Below are positions 9,026 through 18,779 of a DNA stretch of 64,000 bases, in pieces (position 1 is the first letter of the stretch; the number at the start of each line of letters is the position of its first letter). The notes below the pieces were generated by a model. That model ran no database searches. It saw only the letters and a list, made by a program, of their open reading frames with translations, and was not told the origin of the DNA. A program made the translations under genes and the position numbers. The DNA comes from Acinetobacter phage AM24. Location: sequence record KY000079.2. One strand, written 5' to 3'.

Positions 9026-11140
9026 ATGGAAATTGCTAAGCTGTTTGCCTCTGTCGGCTTCCGAGTTGACACAACAAACCTTGAAAAGTTCGAAAGCAAG
9101 TTAGGCCAAGTACAGACTAAGTTTGTAGGTTTTAGCCAAACAATTAGTGCTGTTGGTACACAAGCATCCACAGCAATTGTCCCTGTAAATAATCTCCTAA
9201 AAGCTTTAGATTTCAAAGGAAAAAGCACAGGTATTACACCTTTAGTTACCGCTTTAGGTAAATTATCAACAACCGTGAACTCAATGAATACTTCTGAGTT
9301 CCACTCAAAGATTCAAAAAATTACATTAGCACTAGAAGAATCTAGACCTAGTATATGGAAAAGTAAAAATGCTTGGGAAGCATACGCTAAAGCTGTAGCA
9401 GAAGCAAGGGCTGCCTTAACAGGAAACTGGGGAAGAATGCCTCCTAGCCCAAGAACTGCTGCTAGTAGTGCTGCTGGGGTAGCTGGAGGTATGGCTTTAG
9501 GGTCAACTATGAGAGGAGGTGGTGGTTATGTATCATCACCCCACTACACACCAGCAAGTAGACTTTTAGCCCCTATGGTTGGCTCTCACTTAGCTTATTT
9601 AGGTTCTGGTGGTGTTATGGCTGGGGTTGGTGCTATCTATGCAACTAAAGCCACTCTAGATAGAGCACAAGAGAACGTAACAGCAGAAAACTTCGTAAAG
9701 ATGGCCTCTAAAGATGATGCCGAGTTCAAACAAAACCGCGATTGGTTGTGGGAAAGATCACAGTACTATGGTACTGACATCAATGCCAACATGGAAGGTT
9801 TTGGTAAGATTTATATGAACACCATTGATTCTCTAGGAAGAAAAGCTTCTTTAAATGTTATTGAAGACATTATGAAATATAACACTGCTATGCACACCTC
9901 TAGGGAAGCTCAGAAGTTTATTAACAAGTCATTGTACCAAATGGCAGGTACAGCCCAAGTAAACGCTCAAGACTATAACCAATGGGAAGAACACGTAGCT
10001 GGTGGTAACAAAGTGGCTTCTGCTGCTCTTGATATCTTAGCACGACAAGGTAAAGTCCAAAAAGATTGGCGTACATTAGGTAATGCTAAAAAAGCTATCT
10101 CTGAATTAAAACTTGAAGGTAAAGATTTAGTTCCAGCCTTGACACAAGCTATGGCTAATGCTTCTGCTAAAGGTCTTGAAACTGGTCGTACTGGTTACCA
10201 AGCCCAACAAACAAGATTCCAAAACCAAGTGACACAATTTGCTAGGGATCTTGCTGATGGTGGCTTGTTCGATATGGCTAAGAATTTCTTTAAGTTACTA
10301 TCAACCATTATGGATGTCATGAAGGCAATGATGCCTGTATGGACTGGTTTAGCTAAGGTTATGGGATTCTTCTTTGAGAATTTAGCTTCTGGCATTGAAG
10401 CCATTAAGGAATTCTTGAAGTATAGCCTAGATTTTATATCATTCTTATACGAAACACGTACTGGTGCTCTTATTGCCAATGCTGGTATTGCTTTACTTCT
10501 TATTGGACTTTGGAGATTCTTCAGTGGCTTCAAGAAGTTTATGACTGCTGTTAAATTATTAATGGCTTCAAACCCAATACTATTAGCATTAATGGCAATC
10601 ATTACTGTTCTAGGTTTCCTATATGGTCAATGGAAAGCACAACAAGAAGGTTTAGATAACTGGTTAGATGTCTTTACAGATGTTCTAACAATTGCCAAAT
10701 ATTCATTCTTAGAGTTTGTCTACAATGTACAATCATACTTCTTTATGATGATTTCGTCAATTGTCTCTAAAGGCATGGAAATCAAAACTTGGTTGTCTGA
10801 TGTAATTGAAGAAATGAGGGAGATGAGTAAAGTTGATGACTTAATTGTTACTGGTTTTGAGAAAGTTGAAGAGTTGAGACAAAGAAACAAAAAGAACCGA
10901 GAGGAACTTGATGGAGTATTTGAAAAATATGGAATCAACAGAAATAGCTTCTGGTTACCAATGATGAAAATACCACAACCACCAACACCATCTCAAAATG
11001 CATATGGTAATGGCTTAAGTGGCTTTACTGGTGCTGACTTCAGAATCAAAACTGAAGGTCAATTCACACTGGTTGACCAAAAAGGAAAACCTCTGGGTAA
11101 TGCTGAGAATATTAATTCTCAAGTTGCTTATGGTGTTTAG
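9026..11140 (+). CDS. Tail tape measure protein.
   Basis: 704 aa, downstream of the chaperone and frameshift pair. It has a Gly/Ala-rich N-terminal region and a long hydrophobic segment (LIANAGIALLLIGLW...LLMASNPILLALMAIITVLGFLYG). Confidence 0.7.
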   Translation: MEIAKLFASVGFRVDTTNLEKFESKLGQVQTKFVGFSQTISAVGTQASTAIVPVNNLLKALDFKGKSTGITPLVTALGKLSTTVNSMNTSEFHSKIQKITLALEESRPSIWKSKNAWEAYAKAVAEARAALTGNWGRMPPSPRTAASSAAGVAGGMALGSTMRGGGGYVSSPHYTPASRLLAPMVGSHLAYLGSGGVMAGVGAIYATKATLDRAQENVTAENFVKMASKDDAEFKQNRDWLWERSQYYGTDINANMEGFGKIYMNTIDSLGRKASLNVIEDIMKYNTAMHTSREAQKFINKSLYQMAGTAQVNAQDYNQWEEHVAGGNKVASAALDILARQGKVQKDWRTLGNAKKAISELKLEGKDLVPALTQAMANASAKGLETGRTGYQAQQTRFQNQVTQFARDLADGGLFDMAKNFFKLLSTIMDVMKAMMPVWTGLAKVMGFFFENLASGIEAIKEFLKYSLDFISFLYETRTGALIANAGIALLLIGLWRFFSGFKKFMTAVKLLMASNPILLALMAIITVLGFLYGQWKAQQEGLDNWLDVFTDVLTIAKYSFLEFVYNVQSYFFMMISSIVSKGMEIKTWLSDVIEEMREMSKVDDLIVTGFEKVEELRQRNKKNREELDGVFEKYGINRNSFWLPMMKIPQPPTPSQNAYGNGLSGFTGADFRIKTEGQFTLVDQKGKPLGNAENINSQVAYGV

Positions 11141-11177
11141 GTAGCAGAATACAGGAGAATAAAATGAGGGATCATGA

Positions 11178-12071
11178 ATGAGATATCACCTATATTCAAT
11201 AAACACGGGAGAGGTAATCTCTCTTGATGCTACTACAAGCTTTAGTGAAAGCCATAAGGCCAATGTCACAGAGCATCCTGTGGAAATGGGCACACCAATT
11301 AGTGACCATGTGTTCTTATCCAACCCAACACTTAACCTGAAGGGTATCGTGACAGATTATGATGTAGTTAATAGTCAATATATTGACTTGTCAAGCTTCT
11401 CGGTATCCTCAGTAGTTCAAGATGTAATTAGTCTTTTTAAGGACCCTACAGATGTTGATAATATTTCAACACAGGATGACACTAAGTTAGACTTTAGGTC
11501 AATTGCTGTTGCAAACGCCTTGAAGAAAGCTTTTTATGATCGCCATGTTTTCTCTTTGTTTGTTTTAGATGACACAGAAGATACACCACCTATTGATCAC
11601 TACAACACAGTGGTAATCGATGGTCTAAACTTCACTAGAAGTGCTGACAATGGTGGTGAAATGATTGAGGTTGATATTGCACTCAAGCAAATACGATTAG
11701 CCAAAATCAGAAGATCTGAAGTGACAAAAGCCGAGAAGGATGCCTTAGATAAAGCTGTTTCTCAGACAGCTAAATCAAACGCTACTAAAGATAGTACTAG
11801 TGGTTCATCTAAGAGTACTAAAGATGGTAAAGGGACTAAAACAAGTGGTGATGGTGCCTTTTCAGATCCTTCAGATATTAGCAAACAATTTGATGTTGGT
11901 GCTAAAGAAGGTGAAGGTGCTGGAAGTTTAGTTGGTAAGGTTAGATCCAAGACAGCAGCTATGGCTAAACAAAAGATGGTAGATGCAGAAGATGCTAGAA
12001 AGTTAGCCGAAAGAAACCGAGCAGGTATTTCTGAAGGTAAAACTTACGGAACTACTTATGGTGGTAGATAA
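11178..12071 (+). CDS. Hypothetical tail protein (gpU-position), with a low-complexity C-terminus.
   Basis: Its position after the tape measure. The C-terminus is Ser/Lys/Gly-rich. Confidence 0.3.
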   Translation: MRYHLYSINTGEVISLDATTSFSESHKANVTEHPVEMGTPISDHVFLSNPTLNLKGIVTDYDVVNSQYIDLSSFSVSSVVQDVISLFKDPTDVDNISTQDDTKLDFRSIAVANALKKAFYDRHVFSLFVLDDTEDTPPIDHYNTVVIDGLNFTRSADNGGEMIEVDIALKQIRLAKIRRSEVTKAEKDALDKAVSQTAKSNATKDSTSGSSKSTKDGKGTKTSGDGAFSDPSDISKQFDVGAKEGEGAGSLVGKVRSKTAAMAKQKMVDAEDARKLAERNRAGISEGKTYGTTYGGR

Positions 12072-12085
12072 TTTAAGGAGTATGT

Positions 12086-12433
12086 ATGGAGCAATTAAAA
12101 TATTATGGTTGTAGGGTAGCACTTTATAACGATAAAAATTACACATGCTTTATCAAGCTCTCAGATTTTACCTACCACTTAGCCTTTAGGTACAACACCT
12201 TTGCTGGTGCATATATGTTAACTGTATATGATGCCAATGGTAATACCCTAATATCAAACAAAATGGTCAAACCTGACAGGATGTTTGATATTAGACCTAG
12301 AGAGAATTCTGTAGAATCTTTGAACTTGGTATTTAACAAAATATTCCCAAATGCTGATATAAATTATGACAAATGGGATGACAACATGATGTGCACAGCC
12401 TATCTTACACGATGGGAGAATGTAGAGCAATAG
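12086..12433 (+). CDS. Hypothetical small tail or baseplate protein.
   Basis: ORF with an RBS (aaggagtatgtatgg) in the tail module. Confidence 0.25.
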   Translation: MEQLKYYGCRVALYNDKNYTCFIKLSDFTYHLAFRYNTFAGAYMLTVYDANGNTLISNKMVKPDRMFDIRPRENSVESLNLVFNKIFPNADINYDKWDDNMMCTAYLTRWENVEQ

Positions 12434-12445
12434 GAAGGAGGGTTT

Positions 12446-13642
12446 ATGTCTGAATATTTATGGGACAGGAAGATCAGGGTTACAGTTTACAAACAAGGCT
12501 TGACAACTGATGAAATCACCAAAATCCTTGCAAGCACAGATGATGGTCTTGAAGAGGGTTTCGATAGAAGCCCAACTCAGACAGGTATTTTAAAGTTTGA
12601 AATTGATCAAGAGTTACCTATTGAATTTGAGATTACAAAAACTCTAGACAATAGTGGAAAGAATAACTCTGCAAGTTTAAGAATATACAATATTAGTGAA
12701 GATACTGCAAAAACTATGGGCCACCAAATGCTCACAGTTAAAATTGAAGTAGCTTATAGAGGTATGCCTCTTACACCAATCTTCTTAGGGGATGTTATTA
12801 GTGCATCCTACAAAAGAGGTAAAGAAGGAAACTATGCTGACTTTGAAATGAGTCAATCATACCTAATACAAAATACAGGAATCAAGTTCTCTGCTACATT
12901 CCCTGCTGGGATGACCTATGCGGAAGCTGTGTTTTTTGTTTTAGATTTTTATAGTTTTGCTGGTGAGTTTTACTCTGCCAAAGAAGATGAAATTGCCATG
13001 TTCCAAAAGCCATTACCTTATGGGTTAAGCTTAGAGGGAAACATGGCTGAATGTTTAGCAAAGCTTTTAAAGCCTATAGGTATGAATTGGCACATTACTC
13101 AAGCTAACACTATTCAAATTTTTACTGATAGGGTTTTTGAGGAAGGTGGCACTAGTGGAACAATCTCAAAACAAGGTCTAGTTCCAAATAAAACACAATC
13201 AAGTGATGTTACAACAAGCACTGGTTTAACAATATACTCATTCGATGCTGATAGTGGTTTGATTGAAAAACCATACCTAAAAACTGAAACAGTTACAAAA
13301 AGAATGGGTGAGGTAGCTAACAACGAAACATTCATTGCAGTAAAACCTACAAAGTCAAAAGCTAAATCTACAAGTGAAGCGGTTGGTACAAATAAAAAGA
13401 AAACCAAAAAAGCTGTAAAGACACCAAACAAACCGAAGATCACTGTAGCTCGACAAGTTGTTGAGTTTAAAACCCTACTATTACCTCAAATAGAACCAAA
13501 AACGGTTGTTGATATTGTTTCCAAAACACAGGAAAACATTAGTGGTCGTTATGGAATCTTAGAGGTTAAGTATACAGGTGCCAGCTATGATGATAAATGG
13601 TACTGTGAATGCATCGGAGTTGCAACCAGTAAGATAGATTAA
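12446..13642 (+). CDS. Putative gpD-like tail or baseplate hub protein.
   Basis: 398 aa (P2 gpD is 387 aa), located between the tape-measure region and the spike gene. It contains an internal Lys-rich linker. Confidence 0.35.
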   Translation: MSEYLWDRKIRVTVYKQGLTTDEITKILASTDDGLEEGFDRSPTQTGILKFEIDQELPIEFEITKTLDNSGKNNSASLRIYNISEDTAKTMGHQMLTVKIEVAYRGMPLTPIFLGDVISASYKRGKEGNYADFEMSQSYLIQNTGIKFSATFPAGMTYAEAVFFVLDFYSFAGEFYSAKEDEIAMFQKPLPYGLSLEGNMAECLAKLLKPIGMNWHITQANTIQIFTDRVFEEGGTSGTISKQGLVPNKTQSSDVTTSTGLTIYSFDADSGLIEKPYLKTETVTKRMGEVANNETFIAVKPTKSKAKSTSEAVGTNKKKTKKAVKTPNKPKITVARQVVEFKTLLLPQIEPKTVVDIVSKTQENISGRYGILEVKYTGASYDDKWYCECIGVATSKID

Positions 13643-13646
13643 AGGA

Positions 13647-14396
13647 GTGAACATGAACACAGATTTTATCACAGCACTAAAGAAAGGTGCACAAACTCAG
13701 ACTGAGAACAGGTACTATTGTTTACCAGCCGAGGTTGTTGGTGTTGCCAATCTTGATAAGGGTGTAATTGATGTAAAACCAATTATTGAACGAGTGTATG
13801 ATGATGGATCTGTAAATGAAGTTCCTACCATATTATCTGTGCCAATAGCACACCCACACACAAGAAATAGTGCCATAATGTTGCCAGTAAATCAAGGTGA
13901 CAGTGTACTTTTAGTTTTCTCTCAAAGGGATATTTCTGCATTTAAAGGTGGAGCAAGAAGTTCCCATGAACCAGAAACAAGAAGAGTTCATGATCTAAAT
14001 GATGCCTTTGCCATTCTTGGAATTAGCCCCCTAGAGGAAAGCCCTTATGCATCACAGCAGCATTCCTTGCCACACTCCACAAGTGATGTTGTTGTGGTGC
14101 ATAATTTAGGTTCTTCAAATGAAAATGAAGTAAGACTAAAACGCAATGGAGACATTGAGTTAACTACACCAAATAATTTCGTAGTTAATGCAAAAACAGC
14201 ACAATTTAATGTTGACAAATTGATAAATACGGGTGATAATATTGTAGAGGGAGACTCTACTGTAAATAGCAACCAGACAGTTAATGGAATGACTAATCTT
14301 GTTGGTGGTGGTGTTGCCAAGGGAATCTCTCTAGAACAACATAGACACCATTACACCGATGATGGTAACGATATGATTACAGACCCTCCACAATAG
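13647..14396 (+). CDS. Baseplate spike or assembly protein (gpV-like).
   Basis: The N-terminal region (LPAEVVGV...VDVKPI...PTILSVPIAHPHT...LPVNQGDSVLLVF) resembles the OB-fold of Phage_base_V / gp5-like spikes. The next gene is gpW/gp25-sized. Confidence 0.5.
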   Translation: MNMNTDFITALKKGAQTQTENRYYCLPAEVVGVANLDKGVIDVKPIIERVYDDGSVNEVPTILSVPIAHPHTRNSAIMLPVNQGDSVLLVFSQRDISAFKGGARSSHEPETRRVHDLNDAFAILGISPLEESPYASQQHSLPHSTSDVVVVHNLGSSNENEVRLKRNGDIELTTPNNFVVNAKTAQFNVDKLINTGDNIVEGDSTVNSNQTVNGMTNLVGGGVAKGISLEQHRHHYTDDGNDMITDPPQ

Positions 14397-14416
14397 TGAG
14401 GGTTTATTTTTAAGGG

Positions 14417-14833
14417 GTGTATATGGACATACTATTAGTAAATGGGAAGGTTTCCATTACAGGAAATCAACTCCATCCAACAACAGACCTTGCCAGTAAA
14501 GTTTCCCAAAGAATCTACGTAAGACTTAAAAGCAACAAAGGTTACTGGTTTCTTGACACTACCTTTGGGGTTGCTTGGCTTGATGAAATCTTTGGAAAAA
14601 GAAGAACTAAAGCTGCAATCGATACTCGACTTCAACAAGAAATCTTAAAAGACACTTATATTGAAAGAATTAGTTCTTGGTCATCTAACATTGATGGTCG
14701 TTCCTATAGTTGTCAATTTACCATACAGGTTATAAGAAGTCAAGATGAGGATAACACAATTACCATGAGGTTAGTTGGTAACGAATCTGGTCTTATCCTT
14801 CAAGATAGTCTAGGTAATGTATATGAAATATAG
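14417..14833 (+). CDS. Baseplate wedge protein (gpW / gp25-like).
   Basis: 138 aa, immediately after the spike and before a large gpJ-like gene. This is the canonical V-W-J-I order. Confidence 0.4.
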   Translation: MYMDILLVNGKVSITGNQLHPTTDLASKVSQRIYVRLKSNKGYWFLDTTFGVAWLDEIFGKRRTKAAIDTRLQQEILKDTYIERISSWSSNIDGRSYSCQFTIQVIRSQDEDNTITMRLVGNESGLILQDSLGNVYEI

Positions 14834-14842
14834 GAGGCTTAA

Positions 14843-16306
14843 ATGGCTAGAACTGTAAATGGAGTTTTACAAAGAGATTCTTTATCAGATATTAGAACAA
14901 AGCTAAGAACCAAAGCTGTTGAGATTTTCCAAGAAGTTACACCTTATGGTCAATCAGTTGATACAGACCCAGCTTCTATTTTAGGTAGATGGATTGATAT
15001 TAATGCTGAAGCAAAATACGACCTTGAAGAAATAACTGAGTATCTTATTAATATGGCTGACTTAGACACAGCCGAAGGTAACAAACTTGAAGACATTACC
15101 AGTTTAGGTGGTATTGATAGATTACAGTCAACAGCTTCTCAGGTTTTACTTGTTGTTGTAGCTAAACCATATACAGTTATCCCAGCAGGTTCATTCATTA
15201 AGAGTGCTTACACTAACGACACTTTCTCAACCGACTATGAAATTCAAATCCAATCGACACAAGGAGAAGGCGGTGTTTTTGGTTATGACCTCAATGTTGC
15301 TGACTCTAGTGATCCAAACTTTAACTACGTCTTCACATGGCAACGAGATTCATCTCCGAGCACAAACATTAATGTTAATGTACAACGTGGCACTGGTTCT
15401 TTTGACTCTTTTCTACAACTGCTTGTAGATACAATCAATCAAACAACCGATGATGTATTTGCTGAGATATCTTCAGATGGATACCTTAAGATCACTACAA
15501 CAGATTACAATGAAACAATATCACTAAAATTAACAGCAAGTCAAGTTGTTAATGTTTACCAAGGTGTTGAAGCAACCTGTACTAACTTAGGTGCTGTATC
15601 GGCTGATGCTGGTACTTTAACTTCAATTCAAAGTCCTGTTAATGGTTGGTTATCAGTTAATAACCCTTTTGATGCTTCTATTGGTTCAGAAATTCAAACC
15701 GATGAAGAATTGAGAGATTACTACAAAGCAGCTAAAAACTTTGGTGGGTCAAGTACTTTGAATGCTCTTCAAGCTTCCTTGTACAGAGTCTCAGGCGTTA
15801 AATACGTTTATATCAGTGAGAACACATCTAACATTACTACCACAATGCCTTCACACTCATTCAGTGCTGTAGTTCTTGGTGGAAGAAGAGATGATATCGC
15901 ACAGGTTATCTTCGAAAATAAACCTCTAGGTATTAACTCTTTTGGTTCTTCTGAAGGTAATGCTGTTGATATCAATGGAAACAACTACACTGTTAATTTT
16001 AGTCGGCCTGAGTTTGTTCCTATTGCTATCAGAATCAGTCTTACACAACAAGCTGGTTTCGAAAATAGTAACTACGATCAAATTAGACAGAATATTATCA
16101 ATTATCTAAACAGTATGCAATATGGTGGAGGGGTTGTTTCAATATCAAGACTTTATACACCAATTAATGCGGTGCCAAACCACTATATTAATAGTTTGGA
16201 AATTGGTCGAATAGTGAATGGTGTACCTGAATATGGAACATCAAACATTACTCTTCAATATAATGAGATACCAACAATCAATCCAGAAAACATCCAATTC
16301 TACTAG
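14843..16306 (+). CDS. Baseplate protein (gpJ / gp6-like).
   Basis: 487 aa, in the J position of a V-W-J-I cluster. Confidence 0.4.
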   Translation: MARTVNGVLQRDSLSDIRTKLRTKAVEIFQEVTPYGQSVDTDPASILGRWIDINAEAKYDLEEITEYLINMADLDTAEGNKLEDITSLGGIDRLQSTASQVLLVVVAKPYTVIPAGSFIKSAYTNDTFSTDYEIQIQSTQGEGGVFGYDLNVADSSDPNFNYVFTWQRDSSPSTNINVNVQRGTGSFDSFLQLLVDTINQTTDDVFAEISSDGYLKITTTDYNETISLKLTASQVVNVYQGVEATCTNLGAVSADAGTLTSIQSPVNGWLSVNNPFDASIGSEIQTDEELRDYYKAAKNFGGSSTLNALQASLYRVSGVKYVYISENTSNITTTMPSHSFSAVVLGGRRDDIAQVIFENKPLGINSFGSSEGNAVDINGNNYTVNFSRPEFVPIAIRISLTQQAGFENSNYDQIRQNIINYLNSMQYGGGVVSISRLYTPINAVPNHYINSLEIGRIVNGVPEYGTSNITLQYNEIPTINPENIQFY

Positions 16307-16314
16307 GAGGTTAT

Positions 16315-16941
16315 ATGATAGATCATAGCTTCACAGAAAAAGCTCGATCAAGATATACAGGAACTTTTAAGGGTGATGGTGTTTTTGATTGTGCAGTTAG
16401 AACTGGTATTGCATATGAACAAGATTGCTTAGATCAGTTTGATGACTTTGTTGATAAGCTTTTCAACATTGAAAAATCTTCTGGTTTGATGTTGGACCTT
16501 ATAGGGAAAATTGTAGGTCAGGATAGGGTTTTAATTTCTTACACTGACCAAAAGAATTTTGGTTTCTTAGGTCACCCCTTGGCAGAATCCTTTGGTACAA
16601 AAGCAAATCCAAATATTGGTGGTTATTGGAAGAGTTCTTCGTCTTCCAGCACTATTTATAGGAAGATGGCTGATGATACTTACAGGACTGTCTTGAGGGC
16701 AAGAATTGCATCAAATATCTCTAGAGGAACTATCAATGACTTCCTCAGAGTTATAAATATTCTTACTGGTCACACCAGATCTCAAATTATTGAGGGTCCT
16801 GAAAGTGGTAGTGTAACTTTGGTAATCCCTTCGGGTAATGCAACATTAGTTCAATATTATTATACACGTATAGGACAACCAGATCAAATTCTGCCAATTC
16901 CTGTAGGTGTTAGTTTAAAAGTTATTATTGTAGAGGAATAA
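16315..16941 (+). CDS. Baseplate protein (gpI-like).
   Basis: 208 aa, in the I position following the J-like gene. Confidence 0.35.
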   Translation: MIDHSFTEKARSRYTGTFKGDGVFDCAVRTGIAYEQDCLDQFDDFVDKLFNIEKSSGLMLDLIGKIVGQDRVLISYTDQKNFGFLGHPLAESFGTKANPNIGGYWKSSSSSSTIYRKMADDTYRTVLRARIASNISRGTINDFLRVINILTGHTRSQIIEGPESGSVTLVIPSGNATLVQYYYTRIGQPDQILPIPVGVSLKVIIVEE

Positions 16942-16942
16942 A

Positions 16943-18031
16943 ATGGCAAGAATTAACAAGCCCAACGACTACAATGTTATTTGGGCACAATCAGGTGGTA
17001 AATCTGATATTACAGCTAAGATTCCTGAAGGTTGGGTTGTTGAGATTCCTGACTTTGAAGATATGAACGCCCTTCAGTACAGACAAGATAGAGCCATTGC
17101 TTATCTTCTACAAGCTGGTGTTCCTGAGTGGGGTTCTAGTAGTGTTTACTATGTAAACCAAATTACAAACAGAAGCGGTGTATTGTATAGAGCTATTCAA
17201 GAAAACCAAGGAAGAGACCCTTCAACCTCAGTTGCTAATGGTTATTGGGAAAAATTATCACCTTCTTATGCTGAGTTCACAACACTTCAAAATAGGATAA
17301 ACTCAACAGATCCATTCTCACAATACATCCTTAAAACTCAACCAGTAGTTTCTGTATCTATAGGTGCTACTGGTTATCGGTCCAACATTGAGCCAACGAC
17401 AGGTATGTTCTTTAATGGAACCGAGATGGAGTTTAGAAAATCAGGAACAACAACAGCAGTTATCCCTCCAGAAACATTGAGTATTGAGGATAATAGCAGA
17501 AACTTAGCAACAACTGCTTGGGTAAAATCTTTAATTGCAGACGAGATTTCTAAAGTTACAACTAAGTTCCAGATTGGTATCGGTGAATCAATTATCAGTA
17601 ATAACCCACAAAACCCAGCAACAACTAAAGGTTATGGTGTTTGGGCTTTAGATTGCCAAGGTAGAACAATTGTAGGTGTTTCACAAAATACACCAGACCC
17701 TACTTGGACGAAAACTGTAAATAGTTTGTTTGGTGCTTACACAAACACATTAACTACAGATAATATCCCACCACATAGACACTTTGCCGTAAGAATTGGT
17801 AACCCTATTGGCGATATGTCTTTAACTAATAATGTCTTTGTGAATGCACACAGAACCAACTCTGATTATAACGGATATATTGCTGGTTCAACAAACCCAA
17901 GTGAGATTCCAAATACAGGTGTGACATCAAATCCAATTGGAACTGATGGTCAACCTATCGGTGGGACAGCAGCGTCTTTTAGTAATGTTCAGCCATCACA
18001 AACCAAGTATATCTGGACAAGAATCGCTTAA
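16943..18031 (+). CDS. Putative tail fiber or receptor-binding protein (proximal).
   Basis: Its position after the baseplate genes. It is Thr/Asn/Gly-rich, as expected for a fiber protein. Confidence 0.35.
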   Translation: MARINKPNDYNVIWAQSGGKSDITAKIPEGWVVEIPDFEDMNALQYRQDRAIAYLLQAGVPEWGSSSVYYVNQITNRSGVLYRAIQENQGRDPSTSVANGYWEKLSPSYAEFTTLQNRINSTDPFSQYILKTQPVVSVSIGATGYRSNIEPTTGMFFNGTEMEFRKSGTTTAVIPPETLSIEDNSRNLATTAWVKSLIADEISKVTTKFQIGIGESIISNNPQNPATTKGYGVWALDCQGRTIVGVSQNTPDPTWTKTVNSLFGAYTNTLTTDNIPPHRHFAVRIGNPIGDMSLTNNVFVNAHRTNSDYNGYIAGSTNPSEIPNTGVTSNPIGTDGQPIGGTAASFSNVQPSQTKYIWTRIA

Positions 18032-18043
18032 TTAGGAGTAGGA

Positions 18044-18430
18044 GTGATGGAGATATTTTCAATTAGTACAGCTATTGCCTTCATCAAACCTATAATTCCA
18101 AATATCATCGGTGGTGCTTTATCCATTAAGGATGAGATAACAAGTGGTGCTAAAGAACAATCTTTCAAGAGGTACTTTGTTCTTTTCATTATGTTTATCT
18201 TGGCAGTATCTTTTGGGTACTACCTTGGTGGCTTTATTATTGAGTATTTGAAGATAGAGAAATGGAGTGGTGACTTGCCCACATTCTCTTATGCAATGAT
18301 CATGATATTAGCCACAGCATCGAGTCTAAGGTTTATTAAGAAATTCACAAGCCGTATCGAAGAAGTATTGGATTTAATCTTTGATGGTTTTATCGGCTTG
18401 ATCAAAACCATATTTAAGATGGATAAGTGA
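18044..18430 (+). CDS. Membrane protein (2-3 predicted TM helices), embedded in the fiber module. Possible holin-like or fiber-associated protein.
   Basis: Hydrophobic segments IAFIKPIIPNIIGGAL, VLFIMFILAVSFGYYLGGFII and AMIMILATAS. Confidence 0.35.
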   Translation: MMEIFSISTAIAFIKPIIPNIIGGALSIKDEITSGAKEQSFKRYFVLFIMFILAVSFGYYLGGFIIEYLKIEKWSGDLPTFSYAMIMILATASSLRFIKKFTSRIEEVLDLIFDGFIGLIKTIFKMDK

Positions 18431-18451
18431 TAGCCATGAAGGAGTTATCGA

Positions 18452-18778
18452 ATGAATAACATTATCGACAGTATTACTGCATCTTTTGTTGGAATAGCTT
18501 TGTTGCTAACCCCAACAGTTGTATTCCAAGGGGTGATGGTTGCACTTGTCGCCTTTTTCATTTGGATTGAGTATTTCTCAAAGAAATTTGATAAGAATGG
18601 TTTTATGTATGTGATGTTCACATTTATAGGAATGTCAGCATCCATACTCTATTACTATGCCCCTAGTATTCAGACCGATTTTGGTTGGACTATAGCGTTA
18701 ATTACATTTAGTTTATACACAATATACTTCTTAAAGTATATTTGGAGAATGAGAAAAGATAATCGCACAGGAGATTAG
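18452..18778 (+). CDS. Membrane protein (3 predicted TM helices).
   Basis: Hydrophobic segments FVGIALLLTPTVVFQGVMVALVAFFIWI, MYVMFTFIGMSASILYYY and WTIALITFSLYTIYFL. Confidence 0.35.
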   Translation: MNNIIDSITASFVGIALLLTPTVVFQGVMVALVAFFIWIEYFSKKFDKNGFMYVMFTFIGMSASILYYYAPSIQTDFGWTIALITFSLYTIYFLKYIWRMRKDNRTGD

Positions 18779-18779
18779 A

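Noticed and set aside
323-13443. Antisense or alternative-frame ORFs (323-526, 653-862, 1161-1379, 2193-2447, 4066-4275, 10195-10602, 13114-13443 and similar)
   Set aside because: They lie entirely inside longer, motif-supported genes on the opposite strand or frame and lack RBSs. They are typical spurious ORFs.
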